Source of the DNA: Nanohaloarchaea archaeon B1-Br10_U2g1
GTDB taxonomy: Archaea > Nanohalarchaeota > Nanosalinia > Nanosalinales > Nanosalinaceae
Length of the DNA stretch: 64,000 bases
Direction: 5' to 3'
Assembly: GCA_001563875.1 (NCBI GenBank)
Contig: LKMN01000002.1
Span: 1-64,000 of the forward strand
Part shown: piece after piece, positions 30,095-38,619 of the stretch
Layout of the letters: every line of letters starts with the position of its first letter
Numbering within the stretch: the first letter of the stretch is position 1
Translations under genes and position numbers: made by a program
Notes under the pieces: model-generated
Seen by the model: the letters and a program-made list of their open reading frames with translations, nothing else
What the model was told of the DNA's origin: nothing
Database searches by the model: none

Positions 30095-31498
30095 TTATTC
30101 TCTGACATCTTCGAATCTCTGGATAGATTTCTCTCTCTGTTGGGAGTGGTCAACTATAGGTCTTGGATAGTCTTCTCCTATCTCGCATCCGGACTCTTCC
30201 TGTATCTCTTCAGGCATTTCAAACGGTTTATGGATATGCTCTTTTGGTACGTCTCCCAGCTCCGGAACCCATCTCCGTATATACTTCCCGTCAGGATCGT
30301 ATCTTTCTCCCTGTGTCCAAGGATTGAAAACCCGGAAGTATGGCTGTGCATCGGTACCTATACTGTATGCCCACTGTATTCCTCCCACCATTGAAGCTAG
30401 CTCCGCGTCTACGAACACTCTACTGAAGTAGCTGTGTAGATCTCTCCAGTCTAGCCACAAATCCTTACATGCAAAACTAGTTGTAACCATTCTAAGCCGG
30501 TTGTGCATCCAGCCTGTTTCTTTTAACTGTCTCATTCCTGCGTCAACAAACGGAAAACCTGTTTTACCGTTCACAAATCTTTTCCAGTCTTCCGACGCCT
30601 GTTTCTTCGTTCTCCATTCGATATCTTGGTACTGTTTTTGGAAGGGCTGGTTCACGGTTTCGGGATAGTTCCATAGCAGCTGCAGGTAGAAGTCTCTCCA
30701 GGCCAGTTCCTCTTGCCATGTTTTGGGTCCCTCAGAGTCCGGATTCCTCGCCTTCATTCTTTCAGCCATCCAGAACACCTCTCTGATGCTTACTGTTCCA
30801 AACTTTAGATGCGGCGATAGCTTGCTGGTAGAGTCCTTCCATGCGTAGTCTCTGTCCGAGTCGTAATCAGAGATTTTCTCTTTGAACCTCTCCATACGCT
30901 CTAAGCCTTTTTTTCGGCCTCCTTCCCATACATTCATTCCTGGATCTTCAAATCCTAGCTCTTGAAGCGAAGGAAGTTGATCAGACTCTACGTCCGGTAC
31001 AGCATATTTGGAGGGTTTTTGCGGTCTTCTTTTCTGCTTGTCAAACCATTTCTTTGCGTAGTAGCTGTATACCTTGTAAGGGTCTCCGGAGTTGGTTAGT
31101 ATCTCTCTCTTCTCAAACATTACGTTATCTTTGAAGGTTTCAACTTCTACGGAAAGGTTTTCTCTGACTTCTCTGTCTCTTCTCTTCGAGTAAGGCGAGT
31201 AGTCTCTATTGAAGTAAATTTTTTCTGGGTTCAGCTCTTCCACGATTTTTCCAACCTGTTCTACAGGTTTACCTTTTCTTAGAACTAGGTCTTTTCCTTT
31301 GTCCTGTAGATTCTGTCTAAGTCTCTGTACAGAGTCTCTCCAGAACTTTACACGAGGATAACCTAGGTCAGCGTTTTCGAAGTAGCTGTCATCAACAACG
31401 TAGAAAGGTACAACCTCCTCATACTCTTCTGAAGCCTGTACTAAAGCGGTGTTGTCTTCTTCTCGAAGCGATCTCCGGATCCAAACTACAGCAGTCAC
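30095..31498 (-). CDS. phr: Deoxyribodipyrimidine photolyase
   Basis: WIRRSLREEDNTAL, TSKLSPHLKFG, ELAWRDFY, GKTGFPFVDAGMRQL, GWMHNRLRM, DAQPYFRVFNP. Confidence 0.96.
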   Translation of the reverse strand: MTAVVWIRRSLREEDNTALVQASEEYEEVVPFYVVDDSYFENADLGYPRVKFWRDSVQRLRQNLQDKGKDLVLRKGKPVEQVGKIVEELNPEKIYFNRDYSPYSKRRDREVRENLSVEVETFKDNVMFEKREILTNSGDPYKVYSYYAKKWFDKQKRRPQKPSKYAVPDVESDQLPSLQELGFEDPGMNVWEGGRKKGLERMERFKEKISDYDSDRDYAWKDSTSKLSPHLKFGTVSIREVFWMAERMKARNPDSEGPKTWQEELAWRDFYLQLLWNYPETVNQPFQKQYQDIEWRTKKQASEDWKRFVNGKTGFPFVDAGMRQLKETGWMHNRLRMVTTSFACKDLWLDWRDLHSYFSRVFVDAELASMVGGIQWAYSIGTDAQPYFRVFNPWTQGERYDPDGKYIRRWVPELGDVPKEHIHKPFEMPEEIQEESGCEIGEDYPRPIVDHSQQREKSIQRFEDVRE

Positions 31499-31532
31499 GT
31501 ATGAAGAATTGGGTGCTAAGCTTTTACAGTTA

Positions 31533-32192
31533 TTACTGGTGTTTGAAGTACTTATTGAGCTGTTCTTTTCTGTCCGAAGGACCTACCAGAAGAAGGTTGT
31601 CCCCTACATCAAGACCTACGTTCATATCCTTGGTTATAGTCTTACCTCCCTGAAGTATAGATACGATCTTGAAACGTTCAGGAAAAGAGTCTTCTCCTGT
31701 TATCTCGTCGACAGTTTTACCTCTAAGATCAGAGTTCTTCCTTACAGAAGCCTTTACAACCTCGTTTTCCTCCGAAAGGTTAGCAAGCTTCACAAGGTAG
31801 GGATGCTCTATACTGCTCATAAACTCTGAAAGCATCAGACCTGTATGCGCTATAGTTTCGGCCTCTATCAGTTCAAAGGCCTCCATATACTCGTCGTTGA
31901 CAACCTTGGATATAACTTTAGGAACGCCGTACTTCTTCGCTAAGGAACAGACAACCATGTTCTCGTTATCATTGTTTAAAACAGATATAAGCGCGTCGGC
32001 CTCGGTTACTCCCGCATCCTCTAAAGCGGAAAGGGTTGCAGGATCTTTGTTTATCACTGTTGCTCCTGAAGACGCGTACAATCTTTCACATTTATCCTGA
32101 TCCTCATCTATAACCACTACGTCATGCCTGTCCTCAAGCTGTTTGACAAGCCTTCTTCCAAGAGTGGTTATCCCTGATACGATTATGTACAT
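31533..32192 (-). CDS. trkA: Trk K+ uptake regulatory subunit (RCK_N plus RCK_C)
   Basis: Rossmann-like N-terminus, LEDAGVTEADALI, DNENMVVCSLAK; downstream of trkH. Confidence 0.88.
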   Translation of the reverse strand: MYIIVSGITTLGRRLVKQLEDRHDVVVIDEDQDKCERLYASSGATVINKDPATLSALEDAGVTEADALISVLNNDNENMVVCSLAKKYGVPKVISKVVNDEYMEAFELIEAETIAHTGLMLSEFMSSIEHPYLVKLANLSEENEVVKASVRKNSDLRGKTVDEITGEDSFPERFKIVSILQGGKTITKDMNVGLDVGDNLLLVGPSDRKEQLNKYFKHQ

Positions 32193-32194
32193 CT

Positions 32195-33643
32195 CTATTC
32201 AGAGTCTTTGAACAGCTCGCTATTAAATATTGCCAGAAGCGGTATCATCTCAAGTCTTCCCGCAATCATGACTATAATCCATGTAAACTTGGTGACAGCG
32301 GAGAGATCAACCATTTCACTACCCTCCATGTAGACCGGTCCCATGTTCCCTGCCGCGGAAACCGTCCCTGACAACGCCGCCATAAGATTTGTGCCCTCGG
32401 CGTAAAGCACGATAAGCGTTCCTAAGAAGATTATGGATACCCAGCTGAAGAACAGTACTGAGATCGTTCTTATCATAGAGCTGTCCAGTATCTCTCCGTC
32501 TATCTTCACCTCGTTAATAGCCGACTTAGGAAGCTTGTATGATCTCAAATGTGTTCTGAGAAGCTCTATCATAGCTTTCAAACGGAAAATCTTGAAACCT
32601 CCTGAAGTCGATCCAAGAGAGCCTCCTACAAACATTACGCCTATGAATGCTGCCTGTAAGCCAACTGTAAGCGATGTAAGTGTTATAGTTGAGTGTCCTG
32701 TTGAGGAAACCACTGCTGCAGACGTGAAAACTCCATCAAAAACCGCTCTCTCCGGTGTAAAGCCCTGACGAATCAGCTCAAAACAGGTAAGCACAGACAT
32801 AACTAGGAAAACCTTGAAGTAGAGCTTGAACTCTGCGCTTCTAAGGAATGATCCGTAATCCGTTCTAAGGAACCTGTAAAGAAGTACGAAGTTAACACCT
32901 CCCAGAAACATTAAGAGAATTGTAGCAGCTTCTATAGGAGTAGAGTTGAATCCTGCTATGCTTTCACCCATTGTAGAAAACCCTCCTGTCGAAATTCCGG
33001 AGAAAGAATGTAGAACAGAATCGAATGCCGGCATACCAAGCAGCACGTAGATACCTGCAAACAAGGCAGTTATGAAACCGTAAACTCTCCATAAGTCAGC
33101 TATGGATTTTGTCAGAGAAGGTCTTATAGAACCTGCATCTGTTTTATGGGACTCGGCAGAGTAAAGACTTCTTGTTGCAGCACCAGACTCTCTAATAACC
33201 ACTATGAAGAATGTTAGTATCCCTAAACCTCCTATCCACTGCATGAAAGATCTCCAGAAAAGTATTGAACTTGGTAAGGTCTCTGGTGCTAAAACTATAG
33301 ATATTCCTGTAGTTGTGAGACCGGCTGTAGCCTCAAAGACCGCATCTATTATATTTAAGTGTGTTAGAAATGGTATTGCTCCGAATACAACCGCAAGCAC
33401 CCATCCAAGAACCGTGGCAAACATCGCCTCGGATATATCCGGATTTCTAGAGCTTTCACCCTGTTTACCAGACATATAGATTGAATATCCCAGCACTAAA
33501 GAGGAGACGGAGGCAACTATAAATCCCGAGATCTGAGCCAGACTTTCTCCATAGTAAACACCGACTATTATTGGCAGAGCTACTAAAACAGCGAAAATCT
33601 GGAGGAAAGCACCTACAATCCTCAGAATTACCGAGCTCCTCAT
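32195..33643 (-). CDS. trkH: Trk K+ uptake membrane subunit
   Basis: Pore loops TTTG, STGGFS, SSTG, GNMGP; QWIGGLG; GSTSGG; GRLE. Confidence 0.93.
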   Translation of the reverse strand: MRSSVILRIVGAFLQIFAVLVALPIIVGVYYGESLAQISGFIVASVSSLVLGYSIYMSGKQGESSRNPDISEAMFATVLGWVLAVVFGAIPFLTHLNIIDAVFEATAGLTTTGISIVLAPETLPSSILFWRSFMQWIGGLGILTFFIVVIRESGAATRSLYSAESHKTDAGSIRPSLTKSIADLWRVYGFITALFAGIYVLLGMPAFDSVLHSFSGISTGGFSTMGESIAGFNSTPIEAATILLMFLGGVNFVLLYRFLRTDYGSFLRSAEFKLYFKVFLVMSVLTCFELIRQGFTPERAVFDGVFTSAAVVSSTGHSTITLTSLTVGLQAAFIGVMFVGGSLGSTSGGFKIFRLKAMIELLRTHLRSYKLPKSAINEVKIDGEILDSSMIRTISVLFFSWVSIIFLGTLIVLYAEGTNLMAALSGTVSAAGNMGPVYMEGSEMVDLSAVTKFTWIIVMIAGRLEMIPLLAIFNSELFKDSE

Positions 33644-33686
33644 AACTACGGCTTAGAATTTCTCTGAATAAAAAGGGTGTTCGAGA

Positions 33687-33704
33687 CGAAAGATGTTTAT
33701 AAAG
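33687..33704 (+). promoter_or_regulatory. BRE/TATA promoter of rps6e-eif2g
   Basis: CGAAAGATG followed by TTTATAAAG (33696-33704). The same TTTATAAAG occurs upstream of rps3ae and rpl18e. Confidence 0.6.
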
Positions 33705-33766
33705 TTTGTATACGCATCTCCGAACTGCTCGGAACGAAAACTGACTGAGCAAAGGTGAAACTAATA

Positions 33767-34138
33767 ATGAAGATTACAGTAGGAGATACAGACGGTAAAA
33801 CACACCAAATCGAACTAGAAGAAAGCTCAAAAGTAGTTGGAAAGAAGATTGGAGACAGCTTTGAAGGAGGAATAGTAGGCTTAGACGGCTACAAACTTGA
33901 GATAACCGGTGGAAGCGACAAACAAGGGTTCCCTATGAGAGAAAGTATCGAAGGAACAGGTAGAAGAAGTATACTACTCAAAAAAGGATCCGGAATAGAC
34001 GAGGAAGAAAACGTTAGAAAGAGAAAAACCGTTAGAGGAAACACAGTCTCCGACGAAATAGAACAGCTAAACACCAAAGTTGTAGAAGAAGGAAATGAAT
34101 CTGTAGAAGATCTTCTATCAGAAGAGGAAGAGGAGTAA
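33767..34138 (+). CDS. rps6e: 30S ribosomal protein S6e (eS6)
   Basis: LEITGGSDKQGFPMR, RKRKTVRGN. ATG 33767 follows GGTGA; the track's 33755 start lies within that motif. Confidence 0.95.
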   Translation: MKITVGDTDGKTHQIELEESSKVVGKKIGDSFEGGIVGLDGYKLEITGGSDKQGFPMRESIEGTGRRSILLKKGSGIDEEENVRKRKTVRGNTVSDEIEQLNTKVVEEGNESVEDLLSEEEEE

Positions 34139-34176
34139 AAACCTTTTCAACCCTGTAAAAAGGAGTTAAAACTATA

Positions 34177-35364
34177 ATGACTGAGATACCTGAGGCCAAC
34201 ATCGGACTAGTAGGACACGTCGACCACGGAAAAACAACTTTAACGAACGCATTATCCGGTAAATGGACCGACGAACACTCTGAAGAACTGAAAAGAGGCA
34301 TCACCATAAGACTAGGTTACGCCGATATAACCTATTACAGAGATAGTGACGGAAACCTCAACGTAAAAGAAGAAGGTGACGCCGAGAGAACTATTTCTCT
34401 GGTAGACGCTCCAGGACACGAAACACTGATGGCCAACGTGCTTTCAGGAGCAGCAATAATGGACGGAGCAATACTTCTAGTCGCTGCAGATGAAGAGTGT
34501 CCTCAACCTCAGACAAGAGAGCATTTAGCGGCTCTAAATATTGCAGGAGTTGAGAATATAGTAGTTGTACAGAACAAGATCGATAAAGTTTCTAAAGAAG
34601 AAGCTAAAGACAATTACAGACAGATAAAAGAGTTCTTGAAAGGTTCTGTTGCCGAAGACGCTCCTATAGTACCTATATCAGCACAACAGGAGATTAACAT
34701 CGATGCTCTTCTGGAAGCTGTAGATGAAGAGATATCTACACCAGACAGAGATAGAGATGCGGACCCGAAGATGTTGTTAGCGCGTTCATTCGATATAAAC
34801 AAGCCCGGAACTAAGACAGAAGATCTGAACGGCGGCGTAATCGGCGGAAGCCTTGTTAAAGGAGAGTTAGAAGTAGGAGATAAAATTGAGGTAAGGCCCG
34901 GAGTACGTATCGGCGGAAAATGGAAGCCTGTTAAGACAAAGGTAAGAAGTATACTACAAGGAGGAAAACCAGTAGAGAAAGGAAGTCCAGGGGGATTACT
35001 GGCTGTAGAGACAGAACTGGATCCTGCTCTGGCTAAGTCCGATGGATTATCTGGAAACGTTTTGGGCGTTGAAGACAAGCTTCCTGATACTTTAGATGAG
35101 ATAGAGGTTGAGGTAGAGCTTATGGAGAGACTTGTTGGTTCAGAAGACGAGAAGGAGATTGAGAATATCAAGAAGAAAGAACCTTTGATGCTTAACGTTG
35201 GAACAGGTAAGTCCGCAGGGATAGTAACAGGTCTAGGTAAAACCGTTGAACTCAACCTTAAAGCACCCGTCTGTGCCGAGGAAGGAGACCGAATCGCGAT
35301 TTCGAGGCAGATAGGCTCTAGATGGAGGCTTATTGGCCACGGCAAAATTGTGTCTACACAGTAG
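34177..35364 (+). CDS. eif2g: Translation initiation factor 2 gamma subunit (aIF2-gamma)
   Basis: GHVDHGKT, EELKRGITIRLGYA, DAPGHE, PQPQTREH, QNKID, RSFDINKPG, RWRLIG. Confidence 0.97.
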   Translation: MTEIPEANIGLVGHVDHGKTTLTNALSGKWTDEHSEELKRGITIRLGYADITYYRDSDGNLNVKEEGDAERTISLVDAPGHETLMANVLSGAAIMDGAILLVAADEECPQPQTREHLAALNIAGVENIVVVQNKIDKVSKEEAKDNYRQIKEFLKGSVAEDAPIVPISAQQEINIDALLEAVDEEISTPDRDRDADPKMLLARSFDINKPGTKTEDLNGGVIGGSLVKGELEVGDKIEVRPGVRIGGKWKPVKTKVRSILQGGKPVEKGSPGGLLAVETELDPALAKSDGLSGNVLGVEDKLPDTLDEIEVEVELMERLVGSEDEKEIENIKKKEPLMLNVGTGKSAGIVTGLGKTVELNLKAPVCAEEGDRIAISRQIGSRWRLIGHGKIVSTQ

Positions 35365-35395
35365 GCTACCGGGTTTTTTATACTGTAGAACGTGA

Positions 35396-36961
35396 ATGAT
35401 GGTTATGGTAGACTTTCTAACTCCTTTAATTGATTTTATAAGCAGAGATCAAGCCACGGTACAAATACTAGTTACTCTTTCAATTTTGGTTCTAGGCCAT
35501 CTACTCACGAAATTTGTTAAGACGGTCGGTAGAAGGGTCTGGGTAGCAAGAGAAGGCATCACAAAAAAGGAGTTAAGGAGAAGACAGGAAGGACTGAAAT
35601 ATGTAGGGTATATCATAGATGCATCCGCCATATCAGTAGCTCTACTTTACCTAAATACAGGCATAACAGGTTCAGTAGTTGAGCAGGCAGCCGAGTTTGC
35701 ACCAAACCTGCTTTCAGCGATGCTTATCGCAGTCCTTGGAATACTAACGATACAGATAGTTACACGTGCTGGAGAGAACTTCCTAAGAACGATGGGAGTT
35801 CAAAACTACTTCAGAGAGTTAGGAGTCTCCTACAACGGAATTAGAATTATAACAGGTTTCTTCAAGGCTTTCCTATACCTACTGCTTCTCCAAGTGGCGC
35901 TAGACCAGCTTGGGGTAGGAGACAGCTTTGTAAGAGAACTTATTACAGCCTCATCATGGGCAGCAGCGTTCCTAGTAGCAGGACTACTCATATACGGTTT
36001 TAAAGATCTTATAGCAAACTTCGCAGCAGGTATCTACCTAAAGAGTTCAAGACTAGTCAAACCTGGAGAGAAAGTGTATCTTGAGGAAGATTCTGGTGAG
36101 ATACGTAGCGTAGATCTTTTCAGCACCGAAATAGGTACCGGAGAAGGATACAATCTTGTGACACAGAACAAGAACATTATGAATGCAGATCTCAAGTTCA
36201 AGAGAACCAAAGGAGATCTAAACACCTTAGAAGATATCAAGAGATACTTCACAGCCCAAGATCCTTCTTACTGCGGTCCTGCATCCGCAGAGATGGCGTT
36301 AAACATCTTCGGATACCGTTTCAACCAGCAGGAGATAGGAGATATGGCCGGTACAGAGAAAGGGGTTGGAACAATGCCGGACGAATTAATAGAGGTTGTA
36401 GAGAACTTGACTGACGAAGAAGTTAGAGGTGCTTACGTAGAGTACGACAAGATAACGGATCTATCAGACGAGTTCAAGACCTGGTTTAACGACGGAGCTC
36501 TAATAATACCTAACTTTGCGAAGCCGGTACTTTTCCCTCAGGCAGATACAGCGCATTACAGCCTATGTGTGGCCGTAGAAGGAGATGAGCTACTGGTAGT
36601 TGATCCTAGCGCCAACACTGTTTCAGGCGGGGTATACTACGCGGACAGCTCGGAGATGCTGGAAGCTATGGGAGAGTTCGAAGGCCGTACCAGAGGATAT
36701 ATCGTACTGGCTCCAGAGGATACAACCGCGTACTGGAGAATCAAAGAGGACCTTATTTACTCGGACGAGAACCTGTACGACCATATAAATAAGAACATGG
36801 AGCTTCAGCTCCGTAGAATCCTGAGACAGGGCAGAATACTGAAGAATGTTCTACCGGAAGATCTTCAGGACTACATAGAGAAGTGGGAGAAGGATGAAAA
36901 AGTTGGAAGGGTATGGAAGCCTGACGGAGGGGAAGAAGATGAAGACACTGATACTAGGTAA
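35396..36961 (+). CDS. MscS-family channel fused to a papain-like (C39/phytochelatin-synthase-like) cysteine peptidase domain
   Basis: Multiple TMs, then the MscS core (YGFKDLIANFAAGIYL, VKPGEKV, GEIRSVDLFSTEI), then QDPSYCGPAS (Cys293), AHYS (His387), VVDP (Asp403). Confidence 0.8.
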   Translation: MMVMVDFLTPLIDFISRDQATVQILVTLSILVLGHLLTKFVKTVGRRVWVAREGITKKELRRRQEGLKYVGYIIDASAISVALLYLNTGITGSVVEQAAEFAPNLLSAMLIAVLGILTIQIVTRAGENFLRTMGVQNYFRELGVSYNGIRIITGFFKAFLYLLLLQVALDQLGVGDSFVRELITASSWAAAFLVAGLLIYGFKDLIANFAAGIYLKSSRLVKPGEKVYLEEDSGEIRSVDLFSTEIGTGEGYNLVTQNKNIMNADLKFKRTKGDLNTLEDIKRYFTAQDPSYCGPASAEMALNIFGYRFNQQEIGDMAGTEKGVGTMPDELIEVVENLTDEEVRGAYVEYDKITDLSDEFKTWFNDGALIIPNFAKPVLFPQADTAHYSLCVAVEGDELLVVDPSANTVSGGVYYADSSEMLEAMGEFEGRTRGYIVLAPEDTTAYWRIKEDLIYSDENLYDHINKNMELQLRRILRQGRILKNVLPEDLQDYIEKWEKDEKVGRVWKPDGGEEDEDTDTR

Positions 36962-37748
36962 AGACTTCGAGACAGAGATGTTTGAGGAACACTTTGAGGA
37001 GGTAGAGGAAAAATCTCTCGCAGACACCATGATAACTATGAACGGTGGCAGCGAGGTCTTGATAAACGGAGAAGATATAGAGACCTGGGACGCTGTCTAT
37101 ATCCAGCCAGAGTCAAAGGCTGTACAGTTCTCAAGAGTCTTGATGGAGACACTTTCTCTCAAAGAGATACACTGTAATCTGAATACCTCTGTATTCATAC
37201 CTGTAAAAAAGCCTTACCTACTACAGGTACTTTCAGAAAAAGAGGTTAAAACCCCTGTTCAGACAAGTATCTCGACAGAGAAAGGTCTCACCGAGATCGA
37301 AAAAGAGGTTGAGTTCCCGGTTGTAACTAAAAAATACAGGAATCTAGATCTTGAGGAGACAAAGATATTTGATAATTTTGAGAATCTTAAGAAGTTCTGT
37401 GAAAATACCGAACACGGAGAAAGCTTTGTAGTAATCCAAGAGTATTCCGAAGAAGATGTTTTCGATATACTGTATATAGACGGAGATATTATCTCTCTAA
37501 AGCTAGAGGATAATCCTTGGAGCTCCGAAGAAGTAGTAACCGGAAAGTACCACAGTCTTTCAGACAAGCAGAAAGAGGTTGTAAAAGATGCTGTCTCAGC
37601 TATAGGCCTTAAGATATGTAGTTTAAGATTAAACGGTACAGAGGTCATGGATGTTAAAAACGATCCTCAGCTCGAAAGATTCAGAGAAGAGAGCGGTAAA
37701 AACGTTTATGGAAGAGTTGCATCAATGTTAGAAGGTGATCAAGATTAA
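36939..37748 (+). CDS. Degenerate RimK/LysX-like ATP-grasp protein
   Basis: DAVYI, KPYLLQVL, VEFPVVTK and VIQEY align with RimK, but the GxxG loop, RxN and E-x-N motifs are absent. ATG 36939 follows GGAGG. Confidence 0.7.
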   Translation: MKTLILGKDFETEMFEEHFEEVEEKSLADTMITMNGGSEVLINGEDIETWDAVYIQPESKAVQFSRVLMETLSLKEIHCNLNTSVFIPVKKPYLLQVLSEKEVKTPVQTSISTEKGLTEIEKEVEFPVVTKKYRNLDLEETKIFDNFENLKKFCENTEHGESFVVIQEYSEEDVFDILYIDGDIISLKLEDNPWSSEEVVTGKYHSLSDKQKEVVKDAVSAIGLKICSLRLNGTEVMDVKNDPQLERFREESGKNVYGRVASMLEGDQD

Positions 37749-38619
37749 GTGTGCAGTAATATACGGAAGCAAGTCAGCACAACACCAGTACTTCATAGAG
37801 AAAGGTAAAGAGTACTTCGACAAAGTTCTCGGCGTTCCTCTAGAAGGTGTGAGAACGGTTTATGATGGAGATGGCGCTCATTTAATGTACAAGAACACCG
37901 ATCTATGTGAGTTCGATGCCGTATACCTAAGGCTTCTAGGAAACGACTTGATGTACGGCGAACATCTACCTGAAATACTGGATGAGAACAATGTATACAC
38001 CCAGCTTGAATCGGAAGCTCTAGCAATAGCCTCTAACAAGTTCCATATGATGAAGGTCCTAGGAGAGTCAGGTCTGCCTGTCCCCGATTCAATCTACACT
38101 CTTTCAACAGAAGAAACCGAAAGAGCAGGAGAAACATTAGGATACCCCAACATAATCAAGATAATATCAGGTTATGGAGGGAAAGGAGTAATCAAAGCAA
38201 ACTCTGAATCCGATATAGGACCCATAACTGATGCTTTAACACTTTTCGAACAGGAAATCTGTGTACAGGAGTATATTGACAATCCTGGCGAAGACATACG
38301 TATAACGGTAGTAGGAGACGAAACATTCGCATACAAAAGGGTTGGAGGAGAAGAAGAGTTCCGTTCAAATATATCTGCAGGAGGCAACAGAGAATCCTTT
38401 GAACCTTCTGAAGAAATGAAAGAATCTGCCATAAACGCTGCAAGACTCTGCGGCCTGGACATCGCAGGAATAGACATAATTGAGGATGAGAAAACCGGCG
38501 AAATTTATCTTGGAGAGGTAAACGCTTCGCCCGGCGTCGAAGGAACAGAAGAAGTTTTGGAAGTTGATATGGCCAAAAAGATAATGGCTTTTATCAAAAA
38601 GAAGGCCGCGGAGCGGTAA
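37735..38619 (+). CDS. RimK/LysX-family ATP-grasp peptide (glutamate) ligase
   Basis: SNKF, IIKIISGYGGKGV, QEYID, EDIRITVVG, FRSNISAGG, GIDII, EVNASPG. Confidence 0.92.
   Translation: MIKIKCAVIYGSKSAQHQYFIEKGKEYFDKVLGVPLEGVRTVYDGDGAHLMYKNTDLCEFDAVYLRLLGNDLMYGEHLPEILDENNVYTQLESEALAIASNKFHMMKVLGESGLPVPDSIYTLSTEETERAGETLGYPNIIKIISGYGGKGVIKANSESDIGPITDALTLFEQEICVQEYIDNPGEDIRITVVGDETFAYKRVGGEEEFRSNISAGGNRESFEPSEEMKESAINAARLCGLDIAGIDIIEDEKTGEIYLGEVNASPGVEGTEEVLEVDMAKKIMAFIKKKAAER

Noticed and set aside
36894-36938. Track start for the first ATP-grasp gene (likewise the starts at 7969, 18531, 33755, 47156)
   Set aside because: Downstream ATGs fit the ribosome-binding motifs and expected N-termini better.
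36939-37748. Pseudogene call for the degenerate ATP-grasp gene
   Set aside because: The frame is intact, full length, has a ribosome-binding motif and overlaps both neighbours.
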